Shown: in pieces, positions 21,851-36,589 of the stretch
Layout of the letters: each line of letters starts with the position of its first letter
How positions within the stretch are numbered: position 1 is the first letter of the stretch
Source of the DNA: Eledone cirrhosa
Lineage: Eukaryota
DNA: 64,000 bases
NCBI GenBank assembly: GCA_964016885.1
Contig: OZ024740.1
Coordinates: forward strand, 99,386,001 to 99,450,000
Direction of reading: 5' to 3'
Translations under genes and position numbers: made by a program
The notes under the pieces: generated by a model
Seen by the model: the letters and a program-made list of their open reading frames with translations, nothing else
Databases searched by the model: none
Told to the model about the DNA's origin: nothing

Positions 21851-22874
21851 CCATGAAAGAGGCTATTTTCACTATCACTATACCCTCCACCAAAATACAT
21901 ACATGCCGGCAAGTACCCCTTACTTCAATTGTCAATCATCCCTTCTATGCCCCTCAACTATCACCACTCAGTTATTTTCACCACCATTGCATCCTAACTC
22001 AAAAAATTCTGATGCACCTACTTATCACCTTGTCAAATTCCATCACATTTGTCATATATCTATTACAGCATGCTTATCTTCCTCCCCACCAGCCTCATAG
22101 AGCTTGTTGGGATCTTCAGTGGGATCAATAACTGATAACCCCTAATGGTGCTACGGAAATGCACCCACATGTAGAAACCATGCCAAAAAGGATTGGAGGT
22201 CACCTCAATTGTGTCAATGGCATGATTTCCATTTTAGCATTAGTGATTTATGTAATAAACACACAAAATATATGCTGTAAAGTGAGTGGTGATGGGAAGG
22301 ACATCCAAAAAAGGGTCATAGGGACAATTCAATTGCATCAAAGTCATGACAATCTCCATAACATGGGCGTTCTACATGATAAATGCACTCAGTACATGAT
22401 GTAAAGTGGTTGGTAATAGGAAGGGCATCTAGCTATAAAAAGTTTGCTGAATAAAGGGCGGAAAGGACTCTTCAGGTACAGAAGGAGTCTTCAGGTGCAT
22501 TGAAGACATGACAGCTTTCGTAAGTCTGATGTCATGATAAAATGCACACAGTCGAGTGCATGACTATATGCAAGCAAAATGGTGGCCCACAAAGAATCTG
22601 AGAGGTCAGTAGCCTTGCTTGAGTACTGGTTTAGTCTATGAAGAGGCTTTCAACCTATGCTAGCAGGGAAAATAAACATTAAATGATAATGATGATTATA
22701 ATCATCATTATTATCCTGTCTACTACTGGTTAAACACTGAATGCAAGGAAAGGTAGTGTCACCATGATGCCATATTGAGTAGCAGACTACTGAATCAGCC
22801 TTAAATAATTGATCTCTGTTATGGTATTGAATACTCATTTACTATTTATCAATATTAATGTATATATATATAAT

Positions 22875-23055
22875 CACAAACCCTCCATCTCAATTATACT
22901 TTTGAAAAGCACAAGAACTGCGAAACCGGTAAAGGAACCAAATAAATATTCTTAAAAAGACTCCAGTTGCATTTTCGATTTCATCTTTTTTTCTTATACT
23001 TTCACTTGTGTAGGACATCTCGTTTTTTACATTTTGTAAAAAAAACACACTTTGT
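22875..23055 (+). mobile_element. Copy of the U3-A8 HHR short repeat (HHR 22899-22935)
   Basis: Reverse complement of 3915-4130; TA-flanked. Confidence 0.7.
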
Positions 23056-23201
23056 AATATATATATATATATATATGTAAATATATATATATATCTAAAT
23101 ATATATATATATGTAAATATATATATATATGTAAATATATATATATATGTAAATATATATATATATATATATATGTAAATATATATATGTAAATATATAT
23201 G

Positions 23202-23246
<45 letters not shown>

Positions 23247-23354
23247 CGAAGGAAAAGTGGTAAGGAACCAGGTGGACCATAACGCACCAAAGTACTCAAT
23301 ACTTAGGGTAGTAGAGTGGGTAATATATATATATTTATATGTAAATATATATAA

Positions 23355-26300
23355 CTTACTTTGATAACTTTGATAGGTTTCAGCCAGTATTGTCCCAGGC
23401 CATGTCTAACTTAATAGCACCACCTGGCAAAGTCTTTCAAATCACGGTTTGGGCACCATGGCCCACTTGAGCAGAGAGTTATTGTTTATGGAGGCATATC
23501 CGGGTGTAGGAAGCTTATCCGGGATTTCTTGAAGGAATTTGTCCAAAGACTTCTTGAACTTGATGGAGCCTGTTTCTGTTTTGATGTGTTTTGGTGTAAT
23601 GTTCAAGAGAGCAGAGCCAATTGAGGTGAAATAATTGTGTCGAATTGTTGTTATGAGATGCGAGTGTGATTTTTTGTCCTGGGCGGATAGCAAGGGGGCC
23701 AAGTCTTGGGTGAACATTAAAGGTGATGCCAACATCCTTTGGGCAAAGCTGATGGAATATTTTCCACATCATACAGATAATGTAGCGCTCACGGTGACGT
23801 TGGAGAGAATAAAGGTTGAGCTTTTCTAATCAACTCAAATAGTCAAGGCCTGTCATGCATTCTATCTTTTTTTTAATCGATCTTTGGGGTGCTTCAACTT
23901 TCATGATACTTTATTTAATGTGGGGAGACCACAGTGGACAACAGTATTCAAGGTGGGGTCAGGCAAAAGTGGAGAAGAGAAGGATAACAGTGTGGATATC
24001 TCTCGACTGGAATGTTCTGATAATCCAGGAACACATTCTGCGGGCCATGTCAACTTTGCTGTTTATATGAGTGGCCCAGCTTGTGCTGTTGTCCACAATT
24101 ACTACCAGGTCTCTGATGTTGTTGGATACCACTAGAGTTTCACCCAAAGAAAGAGAGTATTGTAGTTTCAGGGCCTCCTTTTTACCAAAGTGGATTAATT
24201 CAAACTTATCCTCATTCTACAGAATATTATTCTTTTCTGGCCATTGGATAACAGCCAGTAGGTCTGATTGAAGGCAAGTCCGGTCAGCCACCTCATTGAT
24301 TTCCCTTTGGAGCTTAGAATCATCTGCAAAGATTCTTATGTTGCTGTGCTTGATGATGTCAGTAATATTATTAATGTAGATGATGAAAAGAAGTGGGCCC
24401 GACATAGTGCCTTGTGGGACGCCACTGCTGACTTTGGCAGGGCTTGATTTTACTCCTTCGACTACATCATGTTGGGTTCTGTCTGCCAGGAAACATTTGA
24501 TCCACTGTAGTAACCTTCCAGAGACACCAATATTGGATAGTTTTTTCAGGAGAATCTTATGATCAACCCTGTCAAAGGCCTTGCTGTAATCAAAGTAGAT
24601 GACATCAGTGTTGGAGCCATCTCCCAAGGCTCTCAAAACATCGCGAAAGTGAAGCATTAGGCAGTCCCTTCCATTACGGAACCCACGTTGGTTGGAGTTC
24701 AGCAGGCTGTTGCTTTCAAGAAAGTGGGTTATTTGTGATCTCACCATCCTCTCAAATACCTTGATAATATGAGAAGTGAGTGAGATCGGACGGTAGTTCA
24801 CTGCAACAGACTTATTTCCCTTTTTGAAGACTGGCACAATGGACTGGGACAGAAAGTTTTGAGGAATATAGCCAGTATCCAGTGAGTTACAGATTAGCAA
24901 GGGGAGATGCAAGTTGGTGTCGACACACCTTCAGGACACAAGCAGGGAACCTGTCGGGGACTACTGCTGAATTGTGTTTAATTTTGTTTATTGCCACTAA
25001 GACATCAGGGGTACCGAACGTTATGTCTGATATAGTGTGTTGGGGGTTAACATCACTGATACAGCCCAGATTGGCCATATCAGGATTGCTGAAAACGGAG
25101 CAGTATTGTTTCTGCAGTATCTCACCCATGATTTTGGCATTATCTTGGAGTATGCCATTTTCATCAACTAGAGGGCCAACAGTAGAGACAGTGACCTTGT
25201 GTTTTTTAGCAAATGAAAATAACACTTTGGAGTTAAGTTTGATTTTCTCAATGGCCCACCTCTCTTCAGCTGTTCTCTGGTTATTGATGATGGTCTTCAT
25301 GCATTGCTGGAAGTTATATTTTTTTTTATTCAAGCAGAGCGATAGCCTTCGAATGTATGTGTTGCTGTTGGCAGTATTTTAGTGTCTTAAATTTTTTGTT
25401 TGTTCTTTTTATTTTTCTGATAATTGTTTTTCTGTTTTGGGGATACTACATGTAGTTTTGTTCACAGGTTTTGGTGGGGGTGTGTTTTGTACATATATTT
25501 GTGACATTGTCTACAAAGATCTGCCAAGATGTTTTGATGTTGGGGGAAATGTGTGCGTATGTAAAAGAACAGTCAACATGTGATAGTTCATTCGTAATTG
25601 CATCCCAGTTTGCATTGTAGAGATCCATGTTATCAAATGAGTGGGCTGGAAAGAGGTCCTTAGGATTAACTTTCGGCTGGTGGAATCTTACAAAGAAACA
25701 TGTCATGGTCTGAGAGAAGGGTATTTTCCTATCTAATATTATGTATAGTGTTAGAGTGGTTACTAAACACTAGATCCAGAATATTCTTCTGATGCCTTGT
25801 TGGTGCAAGGACAAGTTGGGACAAGAAAAACTCATTCATGAAGTCAAGAAGTGACTCGACTGCTTCTTTGTCAGTGGTTGAGGCTGTGGAGCCTGGTTTC
25901 AAACTACATGTAGACTAATCGACACAGGATAGATTAAAGTCTCCCATCAAAAGTATGTTGCTAGAATGGCACTGTTTAATAAAGCATTTAATGCTGTTGA
26001 GGCATTCTTTGAAGCAGATTGTGGGTGTTTGTGGTGGCCTATAGAGCCCAACTAATCTCAGGTTATTGGATTTGTTCTGCACAGTGACTGATTCATAGTT
26101 GCCATTGGAGAATGTTGTGTTACCATCTGCTGTAAAGGAATCATGCAGAAAAATGGCAGTTCCACCCTTCCTTCTGTCAACACGATCCGCGCGGATGGTT
26201 GTGAAATTCCAAACTCTTACTTCGGCCTCCAAGTGGGAGTTGTCAAGGTGGGTCTCAGTCAGAATGAAGAAGGGGATGTGAAATGGATGGTTACCAACCC

Positions 26301-26830
26301 AATCCTCAATGATTGGATCTTCCATTTCTTTGCATTGATGGATGGGCTGATACCTTGTGTGTTGAGTAAAAATGTAGAGACTAGTGTGGTGGCTGGTTTT
26401 GAGATTGTGTGTTAATGACAGCAAAGATGGTGTTGGGTGATGGCTAAAATGCTTTTCTGTATCTCTTTTGCCAGGTTCATGGCTAAAAAAGAAAAATTTT
26501 CTTGTTCAGAGAGCAGTTTTTGATTGGATTTGTGGTTACACTATTGGATAGGGTTGCAGTTCCCTCTTTTGTTGTTGTTGTTGTTGTATTTGTTGTTGTA
26601 ATCGTGTCTTTGTGAGAAGACTGGAGTAGCATTACTGCAGCAGGGGGTGGCTTTATTGTGGTTCGTGTGTTGGCATGGAGCCCCTTTTCTGTTCGTGCGT
26701 TGTGTCGCAGAAAGATGAGTGAAGGGACAGTCAGTCAGCAGGAATAGTCTCTCATGTTGGCAATGTTGGCAGATTTTGGGACTCCGACTTCTGCATGTGG
26801 GCATCGTGCTTTGGTGTTGGCTGGCAGTGT
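23355..26830 (-). mobile_element. Longer CR1-group LINE pseudogene (ORF1 remnant, APE endonuclease, RT)
   Basis: APE motifs LTETHL, GLYRPP, LMGDFN (25915-26424); RT 24217-24912 with FADD; Cys/His-rich remnant 26541-26804; same family as 6820-9253. Confidence 0.9.
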
Positions 26831-27196
26831 TAGTGAAAGATGTTTGACAGAGGTTAGAGGCTGTTATTACTGCATGAGGGGGTTATATTAAGTAAATTCT
26901 ATATTATATTCTAAAGATATTTATTAATAATTACATATATGTTGCTGGTGCAGTTGAATGTTGTTGATTGGATGTAGTGAAGAAATTAATTGGCTTGTGT
27001 TTGTTGTTACTCATTTGAGCATGGCAGAAGTTGTAGTAGTAAAGTTGTTGGCTTGCTTGGTGATTATGCATCAGGTAAAAATTGCCCCATATTTAAGCAC
27101 TGTGTAAAAATTCCGAGGAATAAACAAATAAAACATGGTCGCTTTTTACATGATGATGATGACAACTTATTAAGTCAAAAGCCTGCTATAAGGCTA

Positions 27197-27540
27197 TCAT
27201 CATCATTCATCATTTCATTTTATGTCCGCTTTTCCCTGCTTGCAAGGGTGGGACGGGAACTGATTCTGGCATGATTTCTACAGCTGGATGCCCTTCCTAA
27301 CACCAACCTCATTTACAGTGAGTGCTGGGTGCTTTTTTGCCATGGCACCTCCACAACCACTTTGCAATGGAATAATAGGGACCCCAGTCCCTATCATCTC
27401 ATTTCTACAGCTGAGTAAACTGGAGCAATGTGAAATAAGTCTCTTGCTCAAGGAAACAACACATCACCCGGTCTGAGAATTGAACTCACAATCTTTCGAT
27501 TGCAAGGCCAATGCTCTAACCACTAAGCCATGTGCCTCCA
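27197..27540 (-). mobile_element. tRNA-derived SINE with CORE/V-like centre and RTE-derived 3' tail
   Basis: Minus head TGGCTTAGTGGTTAGAGC (A box)...GAGTTCAATTC (B box); tail GTTGGTGTTAGGAAGGGCATCCAGCTGTAGAAA and (GAT)n shared with RTE 39770-39935. Confidence 0.85.
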
Positions 27541-28739
27541 TTCATAGACAATGTAATAAAAACAAGGCTTAAGTTGTTAAATATGTGTGTATGTAATGAT
27601 ATAAAATATGATATTTATCATTTTTAATGAGATGATGGTTGTTTGTCTGGCAGTTAGAGAGACCAAGAGAGAGAAGGAGAGAGAGGAAATGGGAGAAAGA
27701 GACCCACAAGGTCTATGTGAGAGAGAGGACTACATCTTAACTGCAAGACATCCTTTCTGCAGCTGCTTTATTGACTCCGATAGCTACTTTTTATCAGAAT
27801 CGCTCATCCTGTCGCCAAAAGTTTTTATGTCAAAATTGTAAACGTAGTGATGCCTAAAAAAGGATTAAAATAGAAACTTATATATGAAGCCACACAAGGT
27901 CAGGTATTTTGTGGTTGGTTCATAGACCGAATGAAATGGCATTTAGCAGTTTACAGCAAACAAATTCTACAAGATTTTCATCACCTTGAGGCCATTGTAT
28001 AAAGACACTTACCAACAAGGAATTTTATCTGACACTAACAATTCCACCAAGTTAGTATGCTTAAGAGAATGACAAATATGAGCAGTATAGTATTTCAGTT
28101 TTGATTTTATAAAGTCAGAAGTCTACTTAGGATTCTGTGGTGTAAATACCACAAGATACTTACCTAGTTAACATGTTTAATAGAAGGAAAACTAGCAATA
28201 CAATAATATTTTAGTGAAGTTTATATAAAATCAGAAAGCTATTTAAGATTCCGTGAGAATCTCATACATTCCTTAGATTCAATTAGCTAGACATATTGAC
28301 CAAAGTTATGACAAGCCTGAAGAAACTTGGGTCAGTAAATGATGCTAACTTTTTTTTTTTTAGATGCATCATTAGTCAACATCTATTTTGTATATTGTCA
28401 ATTATCATCATTAACTAGCTTATTTTTATATTTACCCATCATTTTAAATGTTGTTCTGCATCCTGATATAGAAGTGATATTGGAGGAAGGATATGGGGTG
28501 GGGAATGCTAATGGTGGTTTCAGTTATATATGATTATAAAGTTTTCAGAAAAAAAATCTAAAGTTTTTGAGACATGTCTTTAGACATTTTCTGAAGGTGA
28601 TATTTTTTCTTTCTAATTGTCTCTCTTTGATTCTTATGTCTTTTATTGTGGATGCAGTATGACAAAATATTTAAGAAGCTCACTTTGCAACCATAAAAGA
28701 CTAGATTTGACCACACTGCATGGCATCTTTGCCAAATGT

Positions 28740-29000
28740 TATTTACTATAACATCAGACCAACCCATGTCTTCTGGGTGAAATTGGATAAGCAGAAACTG
28801 TTTAGAAGCCTGGTAGAATGATTGTACCAGTAATTCAAATGTCCGGCCTTAACATATATTGTGTCACCTGAAACCTCCCTGAGAATTATGTTAAGGGCAC
28901 TTGGATTTGAAAAATATTTGGCCAGTTGCAGGTTAATTTCACAAGCAGGCTGTTCGGTTGATTAAACAACTGGGACAGTCACCATTAAAACCAGCACAGA
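28740..29000 (+). mobile_element. Probable old SINE-like interspersed repeat
   Basis: CCCTGAGAATTATGTTAAGGG...GTTAATTTCACAAGCAGGCTGTTC resembles, from memory, a cephalopod interspersed repeat; no second copy in the window. Confidence 0.3.
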
Positions 29001-29748
29001 ATACCTTCTATTTCTTTCATTTTAAGATTTATCCATTCTTTTAACATGTATTTTTGTTTCTAATAATGATATCTCTTTCTGCCAATGTGGTACAGGTTTG
29101 GATACCTGGGCTCAGGGAGTCAGAGAAAATTGTAAAGTTTTTAGTCAAGATTTCAGACATAATACAGCAGATTGGCAGCAGATCACTTCTACTTTATGTT
29201 ATTTACAATTTGCAATGTCAAAATGATCCAAATCTATGAATATTTGAGCCATGATCGAAACCCACCAGGTTAGCAGCATTTCACATTTACTTTATAATAT
29301 TTATGAATGTCAAACTGATCCTAATTTAAATTTACAATGAATATTTGAATCAAGATTTAAAACCCAGCATATTGGCAACATTTCCACTCTAGTTTATAAT
29401 GTTCACACATAGCATTGCAATCTATGTATGAAAAGGAGAATTTTAGTCTAATTTCCAGACTCAGGAGTTAGAAGATTTGAGCTTAAGTCTCGGACTCAGC
29501 AGTTTAGTAACAAGATACCTCTATTTTATGGTATTTACAAATTGCATTGTCAAATTTACATCATTTCTGGTCTATCAATGTTTGCAAAGTTTATTTACTT
29601 AACTAACAACTTTTATATATTTTAGGTTTCACTTGATTATATATTTTTGTTTCCTAAGCTGGTTATTTTTTATATTTTGTGGCAAGAGTGTTGGGTGTGT
29701 TTGGAGGCTAGATGTTTCAGTCAACTATAATAATTGCCCTGTTATTTG

Positions 29749-29784
<36 letters not shown>

Positions 29785-31749
29785 CTGTATTGTTTTTATT
29801 CATACTTTATATTTTTTACTGTATTGCTTTTTATTTATAGTTTATATTCTTTTATTTTTTTTCTATTTTCTTTCTTTTCATTTTCCTTTTAAATAAACGA
29901 CTCATTGATCAAAGTTGTCATAACTTGAGTCTATCATATAATTATTCAGATGCTATGGTATTATTAATGTTGCATTTAATACTACAATGCTTTATTTGTT
30001 ATTTTCTCTTGCTTTTTTGTATCTTGCTTTTTTATGTTTTTCACACACAGTTAAATTCTCACCACTTCCATTGTTATAATGGAAGGCCATGTATTTTTTC
30101 AAGATATTTTTATGTGGTTTTCCTTTCAGATTCTTTTTTTTTTTTGATTTTTTGTGTAGTTATTTTCGTTACTTTAGGAGTAAATTAACCAGAGGAAGGA
30201 GGGAGGTGGCCCTAATAAATACAAACCCAAAAAGTAAAGAAGAAATACATAAAAAAAATAACAATTACTTAAAAGTAGAAAAAAATATCTGGCAGATATT
30301 GTCATGTCATTGAATTAGTTGTAATGAGTATAAAAGCAATCAAAGTTTGGTGACCTTTTTGTGAGTTAAATTATTTTCTCCTTCTTCTATGTCTTCCTCC
30401 CCCACTTCTTCTCCTCCCCCTTCTTTTTCTCCTTCTTATTCCCGCTTCCTCCTCCTCCTCCTTCTTACAGGATAAAAAGAATATTTTTTTTCTAAAATAA
30501 TTCTTTTTGTTTTGTTTTTAAGAATATGAATGATCACTATCAACAATTAAGTAGAATATGATTATTAATTTTCTGTAAAATTCCTAATAAAAGAGAAATC
30601 AAGAAAAATATACAACATCGAAATACTTTGTATATGTGCAATAATTTGTAAATTTTATCGTTCTATTAATTGTAGAGATTTGACAAAAACAATAACATGT
30701 ATCAATATTGTTTTTCAAATTACGAAAATACATTTTTATTGTACTGTTCAAAATAAAAACTATGTTTTGACACGTCACAAAAAGGATGATGTATTTGATC
30801 ATTGCAACAAGGACCCCCACCCCCAACCAAAAAATGAATAAGGATATTTTGAATATATTATATTTTAAATATGGCTTGTACTGCAAATTATTCCATTCAT
30901 CAGCTGTCAATTGGAGATGACAATGATTTCATCACGTTCTGACTCTATTGCTTCCACTAGCAATGACAAGCAGCATTGATGTATCTTGGCTCACGTCATA
31001 GTATGCTTTTATATCTCTGTTCTTCATGCAGCTATCACACAAACTGGGTTCAGATGTAAAATCTCCAAACATGCAGAAACGATTGTCATTTAATATAAGA
31101 CTAGCAATTTCCCATATTAGAAAAGTACAAGTAATGCCATACTAAAAGTAAATATGGTGTGAGATTGGAAAATACCGGGAGTAAAGAAAGCCCTTTAGCC
31201 TGTAGTAGATGTGGTAGCCTTTCTCATATTGGTGTCAAGATGGAACTCACACAATACACCTGTGAAATGGTGAGGAACAGATCAAGACAACAAAGGGTAG
31301 AGTAAACCTTTTGATCCTGCCAAAGATTGTCAACCTTTCTGGTAACTCGATTTTAAATTATTCACTGTTTAAATCTATGTTCATTGTTAATTTTATGTGT
31401 GCTGTATCAGTGGGTTGATGTTTGGTTTGTACATTTTAATTGGTAATGTATTATACACATTTGTCAGTGAAATGCGCAATCACATGAATGATAATATCAC
31501 ATAATATCCTCCTTGCTCTTTCCATGATAAAAACGTTGGGCAATGCAATACTGTTCTTTGTCACATACCTTATCTCTTCCTTCTGTTTCTATGTGAAATA
31601 ACTCATATTAAAACTCTCCATTTGATCCCAATATTTACAAAAAATGAAATGTTCATGATGTTTCTCTTAGCAGCATCATTGCTGTTCATATTCTCTCCCA
31701 TTCAGATGAATTTTTGCAGCCATATTCTTTTATGAATTCTCCTTACCCA

Positions 31750-33000
31750 TATCCTTAGAAAAGTGAAAATGGAATATATGCTAGATGGTATTAAGTTCAA
31801 CCATGATTTAAAATCATTTGCAGATGAGGATTAAACCGACACCTTAACACTTACTGTAAATCTGATTAGTCAGGATATTAGGATCGAGTTTGGGATAAAC
31901 AAATATGAAGCATGGAAAACTAACAGGGAATAGAGGGCTTGGGCTAGCAAATGGGCAGATTATTTAAGAAGCGGAAGCATGCAAGTATTTGGGAGATGGA
32001 TAAGATCAAAGAGAAAGAAATGAAGAAGCTGTTCAAAAAAAATAACTCAGTCAGGTGAGACTTGTAATGTTATCTAAATTTAAAAGAAGGAATAAGAGCA
32101 AGGCGATGAATACATGGGCTGTGTCTCTCATATGCTACAGGGGCAGGAATTATTAAATGGGGTAAAGATGAATTAGAAAGAATTGAAAGGAAAACTAAGA
32201 AATTAATGACACTACATACAGAACTCCAACCCATTAGTGGCGTCACAAGACTTTATGCTGGAAGAAGGAAAGGAGGTAGAGGACTAATAAATTGTGAAAA
32301 GTGTCAAATGGGAGGAAAACAAGCCAGCTTAAAATGTAAAGAGTAACAGAAGTAGGAGATTTTGACACATTAAAATCTGTTGATGCAGAAGCATAATGGA
32401 TGTAAGAAGAGAGAGAGTTTAGAAAGAACTTGAAAAGGAATTGAAAGATAAACTTATGCATGGAGAGTACAATAGAGATAAAGTAGGCATTGATTGGCAA
32501 AAGAATGGTTGTGCCTTTAAAATGGTGATTTGAAATGATGAAATGAAGCATTGGTGCACATTGCTCAGGAACAGGCTCTTCAAACTAACTACATTAAACA
32601 TCATGTTGACAAAATGATAAAGTCACCATTATGTAGAATGTGTGGAACAAAAAGAGAAGTAATCAGCTATATTGTAAGCACATGTTGGTGCAGAAAGAGT
32701 ACAAAATACAACTAGATAATGTTTTGAATATGAATTGTAGGATATCTGAAAAGTGTTGATTTCTCAGAGCAAATAAATGATATGGACAGAAAACAGAAGA
32801 GGTTTTAGATGTGTTTTCAATGTGTTAGAATAATGGAGGCAAATAGGCCAGATATTTTAGCTGTGAACAAGAATAAAAAGAGGCTCAAATTATCGATATA
32901 TCTGTCCCAAGAGATAGTAGAGTGAAAGGATAAAGAGCATGAAAAGACGATGGATAACTATGAGCATCCAAAAGAGGAGATCCCAGTATGAAAAAAAGGC
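31750..33000 (+). mobile_element. Degraded R4/Dong-like non-LTR retrotransposon (RT C-terminus, zinc knuckle, RLE)
   Basis: Broken translation: KAMNTWAVSL, ERKTKKLMTL...RLYAGRRKGGRGL, AQEQALQTNYIK, CRMCG, NRPDILAV...IIDISVP. Confidence 0.75.
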
Positions 33001-34680
33001 TGTGCTTCATCATATAAGACGTCAACAAATCGAGACTAGGAGTCAAACCATTGTTCCAAAGACATCCACACTGTTAATTCAGACTAGGAATTTGTGCAGG
33101 CTTTTGCCCTCAAGCGACCTAAGCTTAACCTAACATCTGCAAGTGCCAAAGAGGAATGGTAGATGCTGGACAGAAATATAGTCCAGAAATTGAAGTGCTC
33201 ATAAGAAAGAGCATGCTGGAAATCAAATTAGACACATTTGGAGACATTGTTTACCCAATCTGCAAAGATACTTATGGAGTAAGACAACCCAAAACAAAAA
33301 CACTGCCTCAGAGATCCAGACATCAGTGAGAGATAGATAACATTTGAAGGAAAAATGAGATCTCAAGAAACAGATGAAGGTTGTCTTGGCTTTTAAGATC
33401 CAAGGGTTAGAAGCATTCTGGAGAAATCTCAATGCAAGACGCAGTGCCCTCTGCAAAGTAGAAACAGCTTGGAAGTAAAGAAGCAGAAGGAAAAAGACAT
33501 AAGATTGCTTCTTCAGAAACCCCTTCCAGTTCACCAGCAAACTATTTGAACAACCAAGATCAGGGACATTCACAACAGATAAAGCAGCTCATGAACAGCT
33601 TCTTAGAGCTACATATTCTGATCCACATAGTGTGGCACCACTTATAATCCAGGGTCTGCTGTGGCCAGCTCTGCTAGAGGAATTATTCGATGACAGACCA
33701 CCAAAACTGGGTATTGAAAGTGGTTAAAAAAGTCAGGGTAAAATCATCACTGGGGCCAAATGGAATACCTTATCTGTTGTACAAGAAATGCTCCAGAGTC
33801 CTTAGATGGCTCCACAAAATGATAGGGTTAGCATGGAAGACCTTGAAGATCAGTGACCAATGAATGAGAGCTGAGGGCATATACATCCTGAAAGAGCAGA
33901 ATTAAAATTACATCAACCAATTCAGACCGATATGACTTCTGATTTTCTCTGTTATGGTCGCATAGCTAATTAGATACCTCACAGAGAATAAATACCTGAA
34001 TATGTCAGTCCAGACATGGCATATGGAGCCTCTCAGAATCAGTTTTCCTTAAATCTGGTTGTAATATCCTGCCCTTGAATACGAATTGAGTCAAGTAGGA
34101 CAAATCAGATAACCCCAAGTGCCCACTCTGCCATGGTAGACAGACAGTGGAACACGTTCTGACCTCCTGCAGAGTAGCAATAGCCCGGGTTAGCTACATA
34201 AGGAGACACAATCAAATGTTGAAGGAGATTGTACATGTTATAAGTACGGCAAAAGACAACATTTTATACACCAGGAGGCAGCAAATCATGGCTAGAAATA
34301 GCTATGGCATACAGGGCACGGGGATTGAGTCATCTAGGTGGTGCAAACGACTGGAAGTGCACAGCAGACCTCCCAGAGTCAGCAAAACAACCAGAAACCA
34401 CAAGAAAGAGTGGTTTGAGGCCAGATATCATACTCCATTCCAGTTCATCAAAGCATCTGATTTTGATTGAAATTGCCGTGACATTTGAAAGTAGATTGAA
34501 GAAACACACCTATTCAAGATCAATAAAGAAGTCAGTTTGGCCAACAGCCTGAGGGAACACAATTTCCAAGTTAAAGTCCTCACCATAGAAGTTGGTGTCA
34601 GAATCTTTGTGTGAAAATCTACCTATGATATCATGAAACAACTTTCAGTCTCTGGGAAGACAAGGACCAAAGTGGCCCAT
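33000..34680 (+). mobile_element. Degraded, internally deleted HERO/NeSL-like RLE non-LTR element
   Basis: GPNGIPYLLYKKC, INQFRPI, CPLCHGRQTVEHVLTSC...RRHNQML, LRPDIIL...LIEIAVTFE, IEVG; RT core missing. Confidence 0.7.
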
Positions 34681-35049
34681 TGATCATCCCAACACAAAAT
34701 ATGAACAACCCATTTTCAACTCTTGATGTTTGATTTTTAATTCTTAAATTTAATAGTTGATAAGATGGATAACATCAAAACCGGTAATATTTTTTAAATA
34801 TATTTTATAAAAACCTTTTCTTTTAAGAAAATGTCTTTATCTTGTTTTCAATAATCACTTGGTCAGATTATAGAAAAAAGATTCTTTATATATACTTCCT
34901 ATTTTGTATAGAATCTTACCCCTTTTTCAAATATATATATATAAAGGTTTTACTCAGATCTTAGAGGACAGGTCATTTAATAGCTGGATCGTTTTTCAAT
35001 CTTGATCCGATTATCATTTGTTTACAGCAAATGAAAAGGATTATTGTAA

Positions 35050-36470
35050 TCGTTGAATCCAAGACAGAGTATAGTAATTTAGAGAATACCCCTATCCTGA
35101 AAGTTGCATGGTCGTTTGTCATCAACATTAAAACTGAAAGCCATTGATGGAGATTCACCAACCAAACGTACAACATCTGTTGATGGTCCTAAAACATTTA
35201 GAGCACTCATATTCACACAATAGATGCAGGAAATTTTCGACAAGAACCCAAGAAAATCACTTAACCGCTATTGCTAAGTTGCTCAAACGTTCAGGGCATA
35301 CTAACGGGGGAATTGTGCACGAGGACATATGATACAAGTCATACGTGATGCAGAGAGGCCAATTCAGGTTTGCAATAATCTAAGCTGCACAAAGCGCTTG
35401 TTAAGCAAGTTGAAAACATCAAGAGCCTGGAATGCTTCGGTTTTTCTCTGATGAAAAACAATGATCAGGATATAAAGGAATAAAAGATGGTTATGCAGAC
35501 GAACTAAAGGCGTTCCAATTCTCATTCGCGTACAGATTGAGGTAAAACGTATTTTCACAAATCATAATTTTTTTTCGAAAATTTGGTAAATATTTCGCTA
35601 AAAATTTTTTTTTTTGTTTGCCCCAAAGTTTTTTTTTTAAATTGGCCAAATTTCTTTGTCGGGAATTTTGCCAAAAATTTCTTCCAAGATTTGGCTAAAG
35701 ATGTTTTCGAAAATTTGGCGAAAATCTCTTTTCGAAAATTTTGCCAAATTTATTTTTCGAAAATTTGTGTAAAATTTTTTTTCGAAGTCTAGGGCGAAAC
35801 GTTTTTGTAAAATTTGACCAAAAATTCTCTTCGAAATAATAGCCAAAATTGCATTTAGGAAATTTGTCCAAACCTTTTATTTGAAAATTTAGTCAAAAGT
35901 GCTTTTAAAAACATTGGCCTAAGATATTTTGGGGAAACTTGAACAAAAATATTTTTGGAAGACTTTACCAAAAATTGATTTGCTAAAATCTGTTTTTACG
36001 AAATTTTTTGAAAATTACTTTTCGAAAGTTTTGCGAAAGTTTTGTCAAATTTGTGTTCAAAATTTCAGCCAAAAATGATTTTTCAATGATTTAATTAAAA
36101 TATTTTCGAAATTATTGTCAAAATATATTTTGGAAAATTGGCTTAGAAAGTTTTTTCAAAATATGTGGTTGTATATATTTTTTCAAAAATTCGAACAAAT
36201 CATAAAAAATAATTTTGTCCCAAACATTTTCCGAACAGACGCCCCAGGTATGGCGGAGGGGGTTACAATCTCCACGATCACGTCACCCCAAACACATGGC
36301 CTTCAAACTCTCCAAACATAAAACCGTTGGACTTTTATGTCTGGGGCTTAATAGTGAAGGAAGTCAATGAATGCCTCCATAATGCGATAAAATCTCTGAA
36401 GTCTGCCATAACTAGCACAACATCCAAAATAAATAAGGTGCATTTAAACATGTCCTCCCATCTCAACAAT
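35050..36470 (+). mobile_element. Tc1/mariner-like transposase remnant split by a satellite
   Basis: WPSNSPNIKPLDFYVWG at ~36297-36347 resembles the WPxxSPDLNPLDY motif; possible N-terminal remnant at ~35050-35480; no TIRs found. Confidence 0.6.
35565..36232. repeat. Degenerate ~23-24-bp minisatellite
   Basis: Recurrent CGAAAATTTGGCCAAAATTTTTTT-like units. Confidence 0.75.
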
Positions 36471-36589
36471 ATCCAAAATAAATTTGGGCATGTAAACATG
36501 TCCTCCCATCTCAACATTCCTATAGTAAAATATTCTGTAGGTAATCGGTGAAAATCAGCTATTCCTGTGAACCTTCCATGAAGACAAAG

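Noticed and set aside
27470-27540. tRNA gene
   Set aside because: A/B boxes are present, but the sequence continues into a SINE body repeated at 40701-41081; it is a SINE head
29090-29600. Degenerate ~100-bp tandem repeats
   Set aside because: Highly decayed, with no structure or coding signal
30930-31115. ~60-codon open minus-strand frame as a possible host exon
   Set aside because: No convincing splice sites or recognisable homology; length expected by chance
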